DNA from: Somniosus microcephalus
Lineage: Eukaryota
Reading direction: 5' to 3'
DNA: 64,000 bases
NCBI GenBank assembly: GCA_052327205.1
Contig: JBMRGM010000036.1
Coordinates: 33,046,001 to 33,110,000 of the forward strand
In this document: positions 14,301 through 25,865 of the stretch, in pieces
Numbering within the stretch: position 1 is the stretch's first letter
Layout: every line of letters begins with the position of its first letter
The notes under the pieces: model-generated
Databases searched by the model: none
What the model saw: only the letters and a program-made list of their open reading frames with translations
Told to the model about the DNA's origin: nothing
Made by a program: the position numbers and the translations under genes

Positions 14301-14534
14301 TGCTGTTCTCTTATTATTTAATGCATTAATTGAAAATTGTACAGCAAATTAATGTACCACAGAGGTATCTCAGAGGAGTACTTCAAATGTTTATTTACAT
14401 GGTCATCGGTCTGATTTTCAGCGTCACGATGGACTACTGCTTATATGGTTAGGTTACTCGGAATAGAGTAAATCAAAGTAGCCAATCATATAACTCATTC
14501 AATACTATAAGATTCACCCATATATGTTGCATAC

Positions 14535-14695
14535 CTCATGATCTGTTTCAGTAAACATCTTTACGTCAAAAAGCGTCTGACTAACATCCTCCACGAATTC
14601 TTCAATTGAATGTTCTAGCCTCTGCCTGTAGCACTCGATAAATCTCCGCAGCTGGATATCCGGGTCGCTCTCCAGAATTGGTTGGGTTTCAGTAT
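14535..14695 (-). CDS. Exon A copy A4 (CARD-like N-half)
   Basis: ttcag|AT...GAG|gtatgc; open: DTETQPILESDPDIQLRRFIECYRQRLEHSIEEFVEDVSQTLFDVKMFTETDHE. Confidence 0.75.
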
Positions 14696-15584
14696 CTGAA
14701 TGTAAAGTCAAGTTGTAAATGAGAACAGACGAACATACTGTGCTACTTTTGAAGCAATGTTTAATTTGAATTAACTGCTAGAGCAAGAGCTTTTAGATAA
14801 GCTTTTCAATCAGTGACACTGCATATAGCGCCTCACAGCGAGCAATTAAATATTAACGCTATCTCTTTTTGGCTTATTTAGGAGGACCGATGCAGGCCTT
14901 GCAAAATTCGGAGGTGTCTAAAGTAAGTAAGAAGTAGAAAGATGGGGCCCTTAGGGAAAGTGTCATTGAGATTGACATCTTTGCCTTGGTTGTGGGGCAG
15001 CAGAACCGATACAGTGGAGACCACAGCGAGGGAGAGGTGTCTAACAGAAAAGATGTTAAGACTGTAGGGATAAGGTGGGGGGGCCGTAGGTTTGGTTAAA
15101 GTTTAAGGACAATTTTTCATAATATCAGTTTCGGATAAGATAGGAATATTTGTCAGTGGCCAAATGGTTTACGGAAAAGTGGAACATGGGGTGAATTATT
15201 GAATCAAGCAATAGAGCTGTGGACAAGCTGGAGATTATAATGAGCGACACCAAACGGTCGTTTGCGGAATCGAGTCTAAATCACACAAAAGCATGGATAA
15301 ATTAGCAGGAAATATTCATATGGAAGTGCAAGTCCAGAAAAATAACGTATAATTGGTCCTGATGGTGATCTGAGACTCCAGGTTAGACTTAATTCGTTGG
15401 AATCAGCAGATGCTGTTGAGCAATTAGGCATAGTCGTGACATTCACCTGTTTGCCCATGTACAATTTCATCCTCACAGGTTTACGCGATAAATAGTGAAC
15501 ATTGTTTCTCCAACAGTAAACACGATCTTTTGCAAGTTAAATTTGGACACCACATGCCTTCCAAATGACTTTCTAACCCAGTAC

Positions 15585-15756
15585 CTCTGTTATGTATTTC
15601 TGAAAGAATCGCTTTCTGTTGGCGTTTGGTGTTCTGCAGTTCATGAAATATGCTCCAGATTTGTCTTTCCCCCCGAGCTCCCTTTTCCAGCACAGTATCG
15701 AAAATATATCGAGATGCATCTTTTCTGCAGTGTCTTTCAACAAGGGTTCTGATTGT
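15585..15756 (-). CDS. Exon B copy B4 (CARD-like C-half)
   Basis: tttttag|ACAATC...AGAG|gtactg; open frame. An alternative in-phase AAG|gcatgt site would end the exon at 15558. Confidence 0.7.
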
Positions 15757-18700
15757 CTAAAAAATGAAATCATTTTGAGCCAAGTAACACAATAATCAGA
15801 TAGTGAACCTCGTTTCACTTTCTCCCTCTCTTTGTGAGATGAATGAATAGAAAATCTTACAATCGTGTGACCAGAAGCTTGCTCAAAGTGGTCAGATTTA
15901 AGGAGCTTCTTAAAGGAGAGAATTAGCGAAGGGATTTCAGAGCTTAGAGCTGAGACAGCTGAAGTCTCTGCTGCCAATGATGAGGCGAAGAAAATCGGAG
16001 AGGAGCAAATGCCCAGAAATGGATAAGCACAGGGATCACAGAGAGTTGCAGAGACAGAGAGGTGCATTGTTCAGCTATTTAAGGAACATCTTAACTACTC
16101 AGATGATAGATTGAAAAGGGTAAAGTTCTGAATAAAAGGGGGAAAGTCAATTTGGCAGGAATAGCATTCGAGAAAAAACATGCATGATTGGTTGTTAATA
16201 AAAGTAATATTTTGGAAAGCTTACAACGTGGTTTCAGAAACTTAAATTGCAGAACTTGAAAAACGTAAATTTCTGTGTAAAATTGTTGGCCAGTAGCAGT
16301 AATGGGGATGATAGCGCATCGGTGGCCCACTTTATATCGCGTTCGATGTTCATTCTATTTACTTCAATGAGCCTTTCATTCATTCCAAGTATCACCTTAT
16401 TTGTCGCAACAGCAGCAAAAGCTTATTTGTCACACCATCATGCTCTATATGAACCTTGCAGTTTTCATCTCTAAACTCCTATGTCCTTTGATTAATAGTT
16501 TTTTTAGAAGTTTATGAAATATGATAATTCTCTCTACTTCTGACACCTGCCAGCCATTCGTTTCATATATTTTGAACGGTTTCGATTCCATTTTATATTC
16601 TGCATGTTTCCTTGATTTGTTTTACTTAATCAGCCCTACTACACCAGAATTATTTTAAAATTTCATTTTTAGTTCATTTTCTATGCACGGCGAAGCAATT
16701 CTCGTTTGTGCAGCACATCTTTTGTTCTCCTGTAATTTGTGTAATTTCTATGGGAACCTTCTCCTATTTGACAGATTCTTCTTGCTTCTCCGTGGCCTCT
16801 TATCATTAACGTGCCAATATATTTGGGCTAGTACTTTTGTTTCCTTAAAATTTGTTTTATTCTTTTAAAATGTAATTGCTTTGAATGTCACGTTAACTAT
16901 TAGAGTTCATATGAATCCTAATGACATCATATTTTCCTGGATGTTCCCCTACCCTTATATCATCAAATAGTCCCTCCACGTTTCTAGAAATTGATCCAAT
17001 ATTCATTCCTTCCTTTTTACCTAAAACCGTTGTAATCTAAACAACGTACCGGACAGGCTTCAAATATCATGCCCTTTCTCACCCACTTTTGTTAATTCTG
17101 TCCTTTGGAGAGTTAACGTCACCAATCTCTCTTTTACTATTTTTGCTGCACTTTCTCAATTTTTTCTCTATTTATCTACGTCAATCAATTTCCCAATTTT
17201 CAATGGAATGTAATAGCTCCTTTATTATTCTGTAACCTCAAACGTATAGAAATAATTTTGCGAAGCATTCCTTATATCAGTCCTGACTATCCCTGCTGCT
17301 GTTGAATCTTTTAATTATAACTTTTCCCTGTTTTCTTTAAAATTTTATGCCCCATTAATGTTAAGTAAAATGACAATTTAGCTCCTAATTCTGTCCTTAC
17401 ATAACCGAGATAGCTATTAATATCTGCACATCATAATTTATAGCCTATCCCCAGAAAAGCTGCGCATTCAACTAAGCAGCTACATTCGGAATACTTTGTA
17501 TATACATGTGTGAGCTAATTGTAGAAGGTGATTTGGAAAAGCGAGCATATAGATATTATAGATGTGTCCTGAGATTGTTTTAAAGTAATGGGGAATTATG
17601 GCAGACTTGACGTCAGACGATGATGACTGGGGAGAGGCTAGTATTATTGACGACACTGAGCAGTGAACCGAAGAACGTACATGATCTGATCTGGCCAGGA
17701 ATCGAGGCAGTAGGCTGCATATACCATAGAATGGATGATATTTGCGAGTCATTGGTGATGCGAGAGATAATGCAGATTGTGAGTGTTTAGAAATTAAGGA
17801 AGTGTTTAGTTCGATGTAAAAATAGTGGCAGGGAAGGTGTTGGAAAGGCAGAGAGAGGCAGCCATGCTGTGAAGAGCGAAGGAGGTGAGGGCTGGACAAA
17901 CCGATTTGGATACGTTCACTAGAAATCTCCAGAGATCCACACCACCGACTGTGGTTGAAACCAATCAGATGGTTCACTGAAAACAAAGGGCTGCTTTGAT
18001 AGAGAATGGACGGAAACTCAAGAGCTTGAATTCCAACACTTTAGCTTTAAATATCAGTTAATTTCTTCACGTAAAATTAGAAGTATGTCGCTATTAATGT
18101 TTTATTTATTCCGGGGTTTCCACTGGTGCTGTGCTGAGGAAGGATGATGATTGTTCTGCTACAGGTATCTTATTAACTTATTCATTTCGATTCGTCTTGG
18201 CTTGGCCCGTGCAATCCAACAATTTGGGGTAATTGATCAATTGATAGAACGCCCTCCATGTGCGCTTTCAGAAACTAGACTAAACCCATCCCCTGCAGAA
18301 ATGCGGCCATTGCAATTCCCTTTAGACCGAGACGTTTCGCTGTGAATTCACAGATTTGATTTTAGTCCTGACCTCCAGGGTGTTGAGAGTTGCCGATTCG
18401 CCGATGGTAATGTCCTTAATTGTAAAGTGGAGGTGATGAGATTCACTCGTGGTGGAGATGCTCATTGCCTGGCACTTGTGTTGCACGAAAGTTACTTGCC
18501 ACTTACCTGGTCAAACCTGGAATTTGGCCAGGTATTGCTTCATACAGGGATGGATTACTTCATTTATGGTGGAATTTGGAATGGAGCTGAACACTGTGCA
18601 ATCATTCGAGTTCAGCCCCAATAGTGACCTTATGTGGGCTGGCCATTGAAGTATCACTTAACGATAGTTGGGCCTAGGGCGCTGCCATGAAGCAAACATA

Positions 18701-18946
18701 GTTGTACCATAAGATGCTGTTCTCTTATTATTTCTGCATTAATTGAAAATTATACAGCAAATTAATTTACCAAAGAGGTATCTGAGAGGATCGCTTCAAA
18801 TGTTTTTTACATGGGCATAGGAGTGATTTTCAGCGTCACTATGGACTACTGCTTATATTGTTAGGTTGCTCGGAATAGAGTTAATCAAAATAGCCGATCA
18901 TATAACTCTTTTAATACTATAAGTTTCACCCATATATGTTGCATAC

Positions 18947-19107
18947 CTCATGATCAGTTTCAGTAAGCACCTTTACATCAAAAAGCGTCTGACTAACATC
19001 CTCCACGAATTCTTCAATTGAATGTTCTAGTCTCTGCCGGTAGCACTCGATACTTGTCCGCAGCTGGACATCCGGGCCGCTCTCCAGAATTGGTCGGGTT
19101 TCAGGAC
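18947..19107 (-). CDS. Exon A copy A5 (CARD-like N-half; first cassette of the young array in transcription order)
   Basis: ttcag|GT CCT GAA...GAG|gtatgc; open: xPETRPILESGPDVQLRTSIECYRQRLEHSIEEFVEDVSQTLFDVKVLTETDHE. Confidence 0.75.
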
Positions 19108-20109
19108 CTGAATGTAAAGTCAAGTTGAAAATGAGTACAGACTAAAATACTGTGCTACTTTGAAGCAATGTATAATTAGAATTAACTACTAGAGCAACAG
19201 CGTTTAGTAAAGCTTTGCAATCAGTGACACTGCAAGTGGCGCCTCAGAGCGAGGAATTAAAAATTAACGCTATCTCTTTTTGGCTTATTTAGGAGGAACG
19301 GCGCAGGCCTTGCAATATTCGAAGGTGGCTAAAGTAAGATATAAGTAGAAAGATGGGGTTCCTTAGGGACAGTGTCATTGGGATTGACGTCTTTGCCTGG
19401 GGTGTGGAGCAGAAGAACCGATACACTTAAGACCACAGTGAGGGAGAGATGTGTAACAGAAAGGATGTTAAGACTGTAGGGATAAGGTGGGCGGGGCCGT
19501 AGATTTGGTTAAAGTTTAATGGGGCAATTTTTCAATATATCCGTTTTTGAATAAGATCGGAATATTTTTCAGTGACCAAATCGTTTACGGATAAGTGGAA
19601 CAGAGGGTGAATTATTGAATCAAGCAATACAGCTGTGGACAAGCTGGGGATTATAACGGGGTACGCCAAACGGTCATTTGCGGAATCGAGTCTAAATCAC
19701 ACAAAAGCATGGATACAGTAGCAGCAAATATTCATATGGAAGTGCAAGTCCAGAAAAATAACGTATAATTGTTCCCGACGTTGATCTGAGACTCCAGGTT
19801 AGATTTAATTCTTTGGAATCAGCAGATGCTGTGGAGCAATTAGACATAGTCGTGACTTTCACATGTTTGCCTGAAGAGCTAATAAATAATATACAGAGAT
19901 TAATAATATGAAACACTAAATGCAACTTCATTCGTGCTTCCATTTTCTTTTATTATTTCAAGGAAAACGAAATTGTGAGCAATCGTAATATTGTGAAGCC
20001 AAAAGCCAAATTTAAATGTAAGCGAGCATAAAACATCAAAGACACGGGGCGGGGATCATGTTGGAGTAATTGGTGAGAGGTAGCTCTACTAAATAAAGGC
20101 AATACCTCA

Positions 20110-20315
20110 TCAACAACAACAACACCTTTAATGTGAAAAAAATACTCCAAGGCACTTAAGGAAGTTTTAATGAGGCATGAACACGCACATGCTTGCCGAA
20201 GAAAGAGATTGTAAGATTTCAGGAAGACTTACATTAATTGTAGTCATAAAGTGGTTTTTAAGGGGACCCTTAAGGCTACTGAGGTGGCGTTCTTTAGGGA
20301 GGGAATAACATAGTG
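20110..20315 (-). mobile_element. Old L2-type LINE 3' end
   Basis: The plus strand shows the reverse complement of an L2 tail: (AAC)n, ccttta..., ccaaggcactt, ggttttaagg...cttaa, tttagggagggaat. Confidence 0.5.
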
Positions 20316-20404
20316 CGAGGCATCGACTATGTATCTCTCTTCTTCACTCTTTGTATTTCCTGCATTATTATTGCCTGGCCAAGAGCCAGCATTGTTCTCC
20401 TTAC

Positions 20405-20557
20405 TTCTCTGTGTGTAATCTTTTCCGCGATGATCTCTCCAGTTTGTCAACCAATAAGTTACAAAGACTGCTACTGCTCCCAACACTGTTGCAGCAATGC
20501 CTGTACATACGACGGGAATTATGTATTGTTCTTCCGTTATTGCTTTATCGCCAATCA
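20405..20557 (-). CDS. Candidate single-pass transmembrane exon (phase 1-1; alternatively a terminal exon reading to the stop at 20244)
   Basis: ttcattaatttacag|TG ATT GGC...AGA A|gtaagg; 153 nt open: (V)IGDKAITEEQYIIPVVCTGIAATVLGAVAVFVTYWLTNWRDHRGKDYTQR. 25-residue uncharged hydrophobic run with an acidic N-flank and a basic C-flank. Not part of any recognised TE. Confidence 0.5.
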
Positions 20558-20646
20558 CTGTAAATTAATGAACAAGTATCCAGCTGTTGTTATTCAAGTA
20601 TTCTTTGACAGTCCAAACAATCTAAACAAATTGGAAAAGCTGCAGG

Positions 20647-22207
20647 TGTGGCAAAGCCACCAAGGGACTCCTGTATAACTGTATAACTGCCTTTAACAGA
20701 GTGCTACAGCACCTAGGTTTGTTTACAGTATGTAAATAGCCCATTCTGGGTAAGTCCCAGAACCAGCGCGATGACGTCAACGCGTTGGTCACGTGACATC
20801 CCGAAAGGCGGGAAACGTGATGATGCTCTGACGTCAGACTGGGAGGTTCCCAGTTCAGACCTCTGTGAAGCCAGCATTAAGAAATACCTGTTGATTGTTT
20901 CTGCTGCATGCCATTGTTTGTTCTCTAGTTTACATTAAACTTCATTTTATTATCGGACTGACTCAACCTCAGTACTTCAGTTAGGGATCTGTCGATTCCT
21001 ACATTGGTGACCCCGAAGCTTCGCGGACGATTTTCGCGGAGGAAGCGCAGAACAAAATGATGGATGTTATTGCAGCGACCTTGAAGCTCCCTCAATTTTG
21101 GGAACAACAGGCGGCCTCCTGGTTCATCCAAGCGGAGGCTCAGTTCCAGCTTCAGAACATCGTGCTGGATCAGACCTGTTGTCTTTACTTGGTCTCTGCA
21201 CTGGACAGCTCACCGGCTTAGAGGATCATCAGTCTGCTAGAGACCCCACCCGTAGATAACAAGTATGATACGGTTAAGGCGCGACTAATGCAGCTTTTCA
21301 GCCTCACGAAAGCAGGGCGTGCACGACGTTTACTCATGCTGCCCGGGTTTGGCGATGCCAAGCCGTCTGAGTTGATGAGCCAGATGCTCATGCTCCTCGG
21401 TTCAGAGCCGCAGTGTTTTCTGTTTCGGGAGCTGTTCCTGAGCCAGCTCCCCGAGCAGGTGCAAGCAGCCCTCACCAGGTTGGAGGCTACGTAAGGTGTA
21501 GCGTTCGCGGCTGAAGCCGGCACCATTCATGCGATGATGCAGCAGCACTGCGCCACCTCGAAGCATCCCGCCCCGAAGAACCCTGCCTCGGCACCTCCAC
21601 CATCCGGTCTCTGCTACTGCCACTCCCGTTTTGGTCCAAAAGCCAGATGCTGCCGTCCTCCATGTAGTTTCGTGCCAAATGCACCAAGAAAGCAACAGCA
21701 CCGACTGCGTGAACAGAAGGACGACCCCGAGGTCAGTTTCGCATCTACGATGGCGGTTGGAGTTTCCGGGAATATTGGAGTTGTTCGAACAGGCTTGTCT
21801 GACCTCCTCTGCGATTGACTTTTGAGGTTAAAGACACTTCTGGGGGGGCACATGTGGCAAAGCCACCAAGGGACTCCTGTATAACTATATAACTGCCTTT
21901 AACAGAGTGCTACAGCACCTAGGTTTGTTTATTGTATGTAAATAGCCCATTCTGAGTAAGACCCAGAAACAGCGCGATGACGTCATCCCGTTGGTCCCTT
22001 GACGGCCCGAACGGCGGGAAACGTGATGACGTCATGACGTCAGACTGGGAGTTTCCCAGTTCAGACCTCGAAGCCAGCATTAAGAAAAGACCTGTTGATT
22101 GTTTCTCCTGCATGCCATTGTTTATCCTTCAGTTTACATTAAACTTCGTTTTATTATAGGACTAACTGGACCTCAGTACTTTACTTAGGGATCTGTCGAT
22201 TCCTATG
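20647..22207 (+). mobile_element. Non-autonomous Ty3/Gypsy LTR element (CsRN1/Boudicca-like lineage), gag only
   Basis: Two ~355-bp LTRs (20647-21003 TG...CA; 21853-22207); PBS TGGTGACCCCGA (21005-21016, complementary to the tRNA-Trp 3' end); G-run PPT 21842-21848; flanks CAGG/TAGG. Confidence 0.9.
21057..21700 (+). pseudogene. gag: Gypsy gag remnant
   Basis: One frame: LKLPQFW..ASWFIQAEAQF...KYDTVKARL...GDAKPSELMSQM...FLSQLP...LCYCHSRFGPKARCCRPPC (CHCC knuckle); in-frame stops at 21219 and 21492. Confidence 0.85.
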
Positions 22208-22714
22208 TAGGTGCATTAACTTCCATTTATCGTTTGTGTACCGCAATTTTCAGTTTACTTTTTAATATCCTCTGCTGTTTTTACAGTTTCTCTTTGTCAG
22301 ATAATCGCAATCTTGTGCATTTCTACACTTTGCCTAAAAAACGGGTTTATAAGTTTCCGGCTGGAGGTTTATCAGAAACGAATGCGAATTGTGGCTGAGT
22401 TTACTCTGCACTTATTTCCATCTATTAGTTCAAAGGTTAGCATTATTGTCACACAACAATGAACACTGTAATATATTCGAGCCAATACTTATTCAGATAT
22501 CGCCATTTAGTTCTTCTTTTGGGTTCTGACTCGTTTGGGATTTTCCAGTTATAATTGAAATCGAAACAATACTATAAGATTGGTCTGCTTAAAGGCAGAA
22601 GCTGCATTTTCCCAAGTTATATTCCTACAAGAGTAGGATGTACTTTTAGAGATATGCGCTTGCTCCAGATTCCCCACTAAAGACCCACTAATTCAAATTA
22701 ACATTATTATATAC

Positions 22715-22750
22715 CTGCTGGTTGAAATCTATGAACCATTGATTTAAAAA
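22715..22750 (-). CDS. Candidate 36-nt micro-exon (phase 1-1) with in-frame ATG
   Basis: gtttaattcag|TT TTT AAA TCA ATG GTT CAT AGA TTT CAA CCA GCA G|gtatat; in frame with the TM exon and with exon B. Supported by splice motifs only. Confidence 0.3.
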
Positions 22751-25700
22751 CTGAATTAAACGCAATCGGTTCTGAAATCGGCTATTAAAATGATGTCTCT
22801 TCAGTGACACTTGTAAATGTATCAATCTTTCGTGGTTTAGTTGTACATTTTTATTTTGTGACTAAATATACTATTATATTTAAATCCGCGGTTTTAGCAG
22901 CATTTTTACGAACTGTTCAGACGGCTAAACCTTGTTCATTCGATATCCCTACTACTTATGAATAAATATCCGTGTTTGAAATATACAAATTGAAATGTTA
23001 TCACAACAAACAACGCCGATCCTGTTAACAGCGAATGCAAGTTTGCAATACAATAACGGGAATAGTGTAATTGAGAGGAATGGGTGGAAGCTGAAGACGA
23101 TCGTTAAAATACATTGCAGATAAACACTCTAAAATAAAGAATTAATGTTGCAGATATGAATCATATTTAAATCAATTTGCTGTGTCAGGTACTTATTGGG
23201 AATCCTCATTGTTAGTTATTGCCTGAACCGGAATACAGAAAGTAGCATCCTTTCGAATCAGAGGCCACATTAGCCCTTACTACCTGCACGGTTATTCAGT
23301 CACTCCATTCAAGCTTCAACAACTTTTTCACCACTCAGGTTTTATGCAATAAACCACGCTCCTCCTTATCCCGTTTGTCTTTTCAATCCCACTCCCAGAT
23401 GATCAACGCCAACTTCACTCACAATTAGCTTCCCTTCCATACTCTGCTCCCTCCAGATTCCTGCCCACTTCATCTTATTTACTTTTTGACATCCCATGCT
23501 TCACTCCCTCCTTATAAGTCTCGGTGTTTTTGCTTTTCCCTCCTTTCTCAATGTCGGCACCGAAGCTTCCTCTTGACGTTCCTCACTTAACTGGGATCCT
23601 GCTGTGATTTAACTGAACTTAATTTGTCAGCTAATAAAAGCAATCTCTCCCTTTATTGATAGTAATGTTGCAGGGGCCGTCTACTGTGGCGGCCGAATCA
23701 ATATCCACCACTTGACAAATTTATGCGCATTATTTCCCCATACCGCCAAGATCAAGCAGGTGGCTAAAAAATAAAGTAAAACCATTTAACATCTAAATGA
23801 ATGAAGAAGAGGGTTAGCAAGTTGGATTGTGAACTTAACCAGCCTAAACTTGTCCGCAAAATTAGCCGATATCCGCTCGAAATTCCTTCCCATGTTGCCG
23901 CAAGTCTCTTGCTCAAACGGAAATTGGATTTGTTCATGTATCCCCTTGACTGTAGCCTTTTAATAGTGAGTGAACTGTGCCAGCACAAACTTTGGGTAAA
24001 TTTAGCACTTGCCGATCATTTAAGATGGGCGATAGTGACTCAGAGATAAACCTAACGATATTGCATATTATCCGTTTTAAACTAGATCCAAAAGCTGAAG
24101 ATACCACCAATAGTTATAGATAGATTCATCCCGTTATGAGAATTCACATGGGATGTTGAAAACGTGTCCTTAGAGACTGCGCCATCTGGAAATATGTAGC
24201 TTGATAGAATTTCAAAGCTATCGCAATGCTTTAGCATTCATGGAGAGACTCGGCTAACCATCAGCCTTGGTTTCCAGGTTTGCAAAATGATGGATCTCCA
24301 GAAATAGCAGTGGAGTGGTACTAATTGTCTTGCTCTTCCTTTAACTCAGCGGAGGAACGGTTGCTCGAAAGACCTCCTTCGATGTTAAGACTGTTTCCAG
24401 CGATTTAACGTCAATTTTGTAACTGGAGTAGGCATTTCAGAATCTCGTGCATGTTCCTCCATTCAATGAGGTCATGGTTATCTGTATCTTAACTCAATAA
24501 AATCGACGTTGTTCTCAATCCATTAATACCCTTGGCTCGCAAAAATCAATGGAACTCAGGTTTAGTATCAGGTCGTCTGTATTTCTGATTGGTCCATTGG
24601 AGTACAAGACCATATTTCTGATTGGTCACCTGGGAGGACAAACACACCCAGCAGTTTATCTGGAATTTGTAATTAGATCCTGCCTGCCAGAGTATTCAAC
24701 ATCTTTGCAATGTCTAATTGATCCATTCATTATGACAGTCCGGGTGCAGAGCGGACAGTGCTAACACTACTGTGTTCAATTAACAGACAGAGCTCTCCCT
24801 GCTGGGTTACGAGCTCTCACATCGTCCACACTGCCGATTTCAGAGAGGAAGGTTTGAAGCCATGGATGGAACTCAACATGAGTATGAGAATTTTAAAATC
24901 AACTTGTTGGTGGACCATAAGCCAATCAATGTTCCCGCTATTTTTGCAGTGCGCGGCTCCTTTAAGGGCATGAGCGGCCTTCGTGGGACATGCATATTGT
25001 GATCCAGGCCGAACTGTGGGCGGGAGAACAAGATTCATCTTCGCATTTGTATCACCTATTTGCTCTAATCCTCCATCTTTTGACCTGGATCAAATTCTTC
25101 ACCACCCTCACTGTTCTCACAGTGCTCCTCCCATCAAATTCTTGACCTTCCCAACCACTGTGATCTGCTGACCATCTCCCAGTTTACCTGAACTTCAGCC
25201 CCCCAACATGTTCCTGACATTCTCTCCGGCCGAATTCCTCCCCTTCTCTCCCCGGATTACTGAATCGAAACCACCTCCCGCCCATGCTTCTGACCTTTCC
25301 TCCTTGAGTTCCTGACATTCACAAGCCCACCATCCGATCTCTGAAGTTCTCCACAGGGAGCCGAGGGAAGCCTGCCTGCTGAGGTTGCATGCTGCAGCTG
25401 CCGCAAGGTCAGGTGCGCATGCATGGTTCTGGTGAGGCGGCGATTCCTTAATTCTGAATGAAGAGTCGTGTTTGTGTGAAGTCCGTTATTGGGGGGTGCA
25501 TGTGTGTGTCTCTCTAGGCTAGTTTGCCAGAAGCATCTTTACCACTTGAAATACTCGAATTGACGTGGTATCTTACTTTGAAATGGAATACGTTACACTT
25601 GAGTTTAACTAGAATAGACATCGTTCATAGGATATCTTAATTGTAGGTTTGCAACAATATAAAAATAAAGTTGTTCAAGTTTATTAACTTGTTGTGGTGC

Positions 25701-25865
25701 ACAAATATTCGTGTGGACTAAAATAGTACCATTAAACGAATTTGCATTTTAAGCACCATGCTTAAGATACAGTTTAATTGCTAATATTTATCAGTAACAC
25801 GGTTACATGTAAGTTAAATTTGGAATACGTGCAATGCACCTATTCATAACAGTTATAATATCTAA

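Larger units (their letters stand above)
1..19871. repeat. Tandem array of ~4.41-kb units (4 full + 1 partial; runs off the left edge), each carrying one exon A and one exon B of a CARD-like cassette
   Basis: The same ORFs and motifs recur with a 4410-4416 bp period (e.g. ORFs at 1273/5686/14514/18926). Unit junction TGTTTGCC|CATGTA(G/C)AA at 2218, 6628 (variant), 11043 and 15455. The array ends at 19871. Confidence 0.97.

Noticed and set aside
23190-23245. Strong minus-strand acceptor (ctttctgtattccggttcag) at ~23222
   Set aside because: Stops in all three frames within 30 nt; could at most be a non-coding exon, with no other support.
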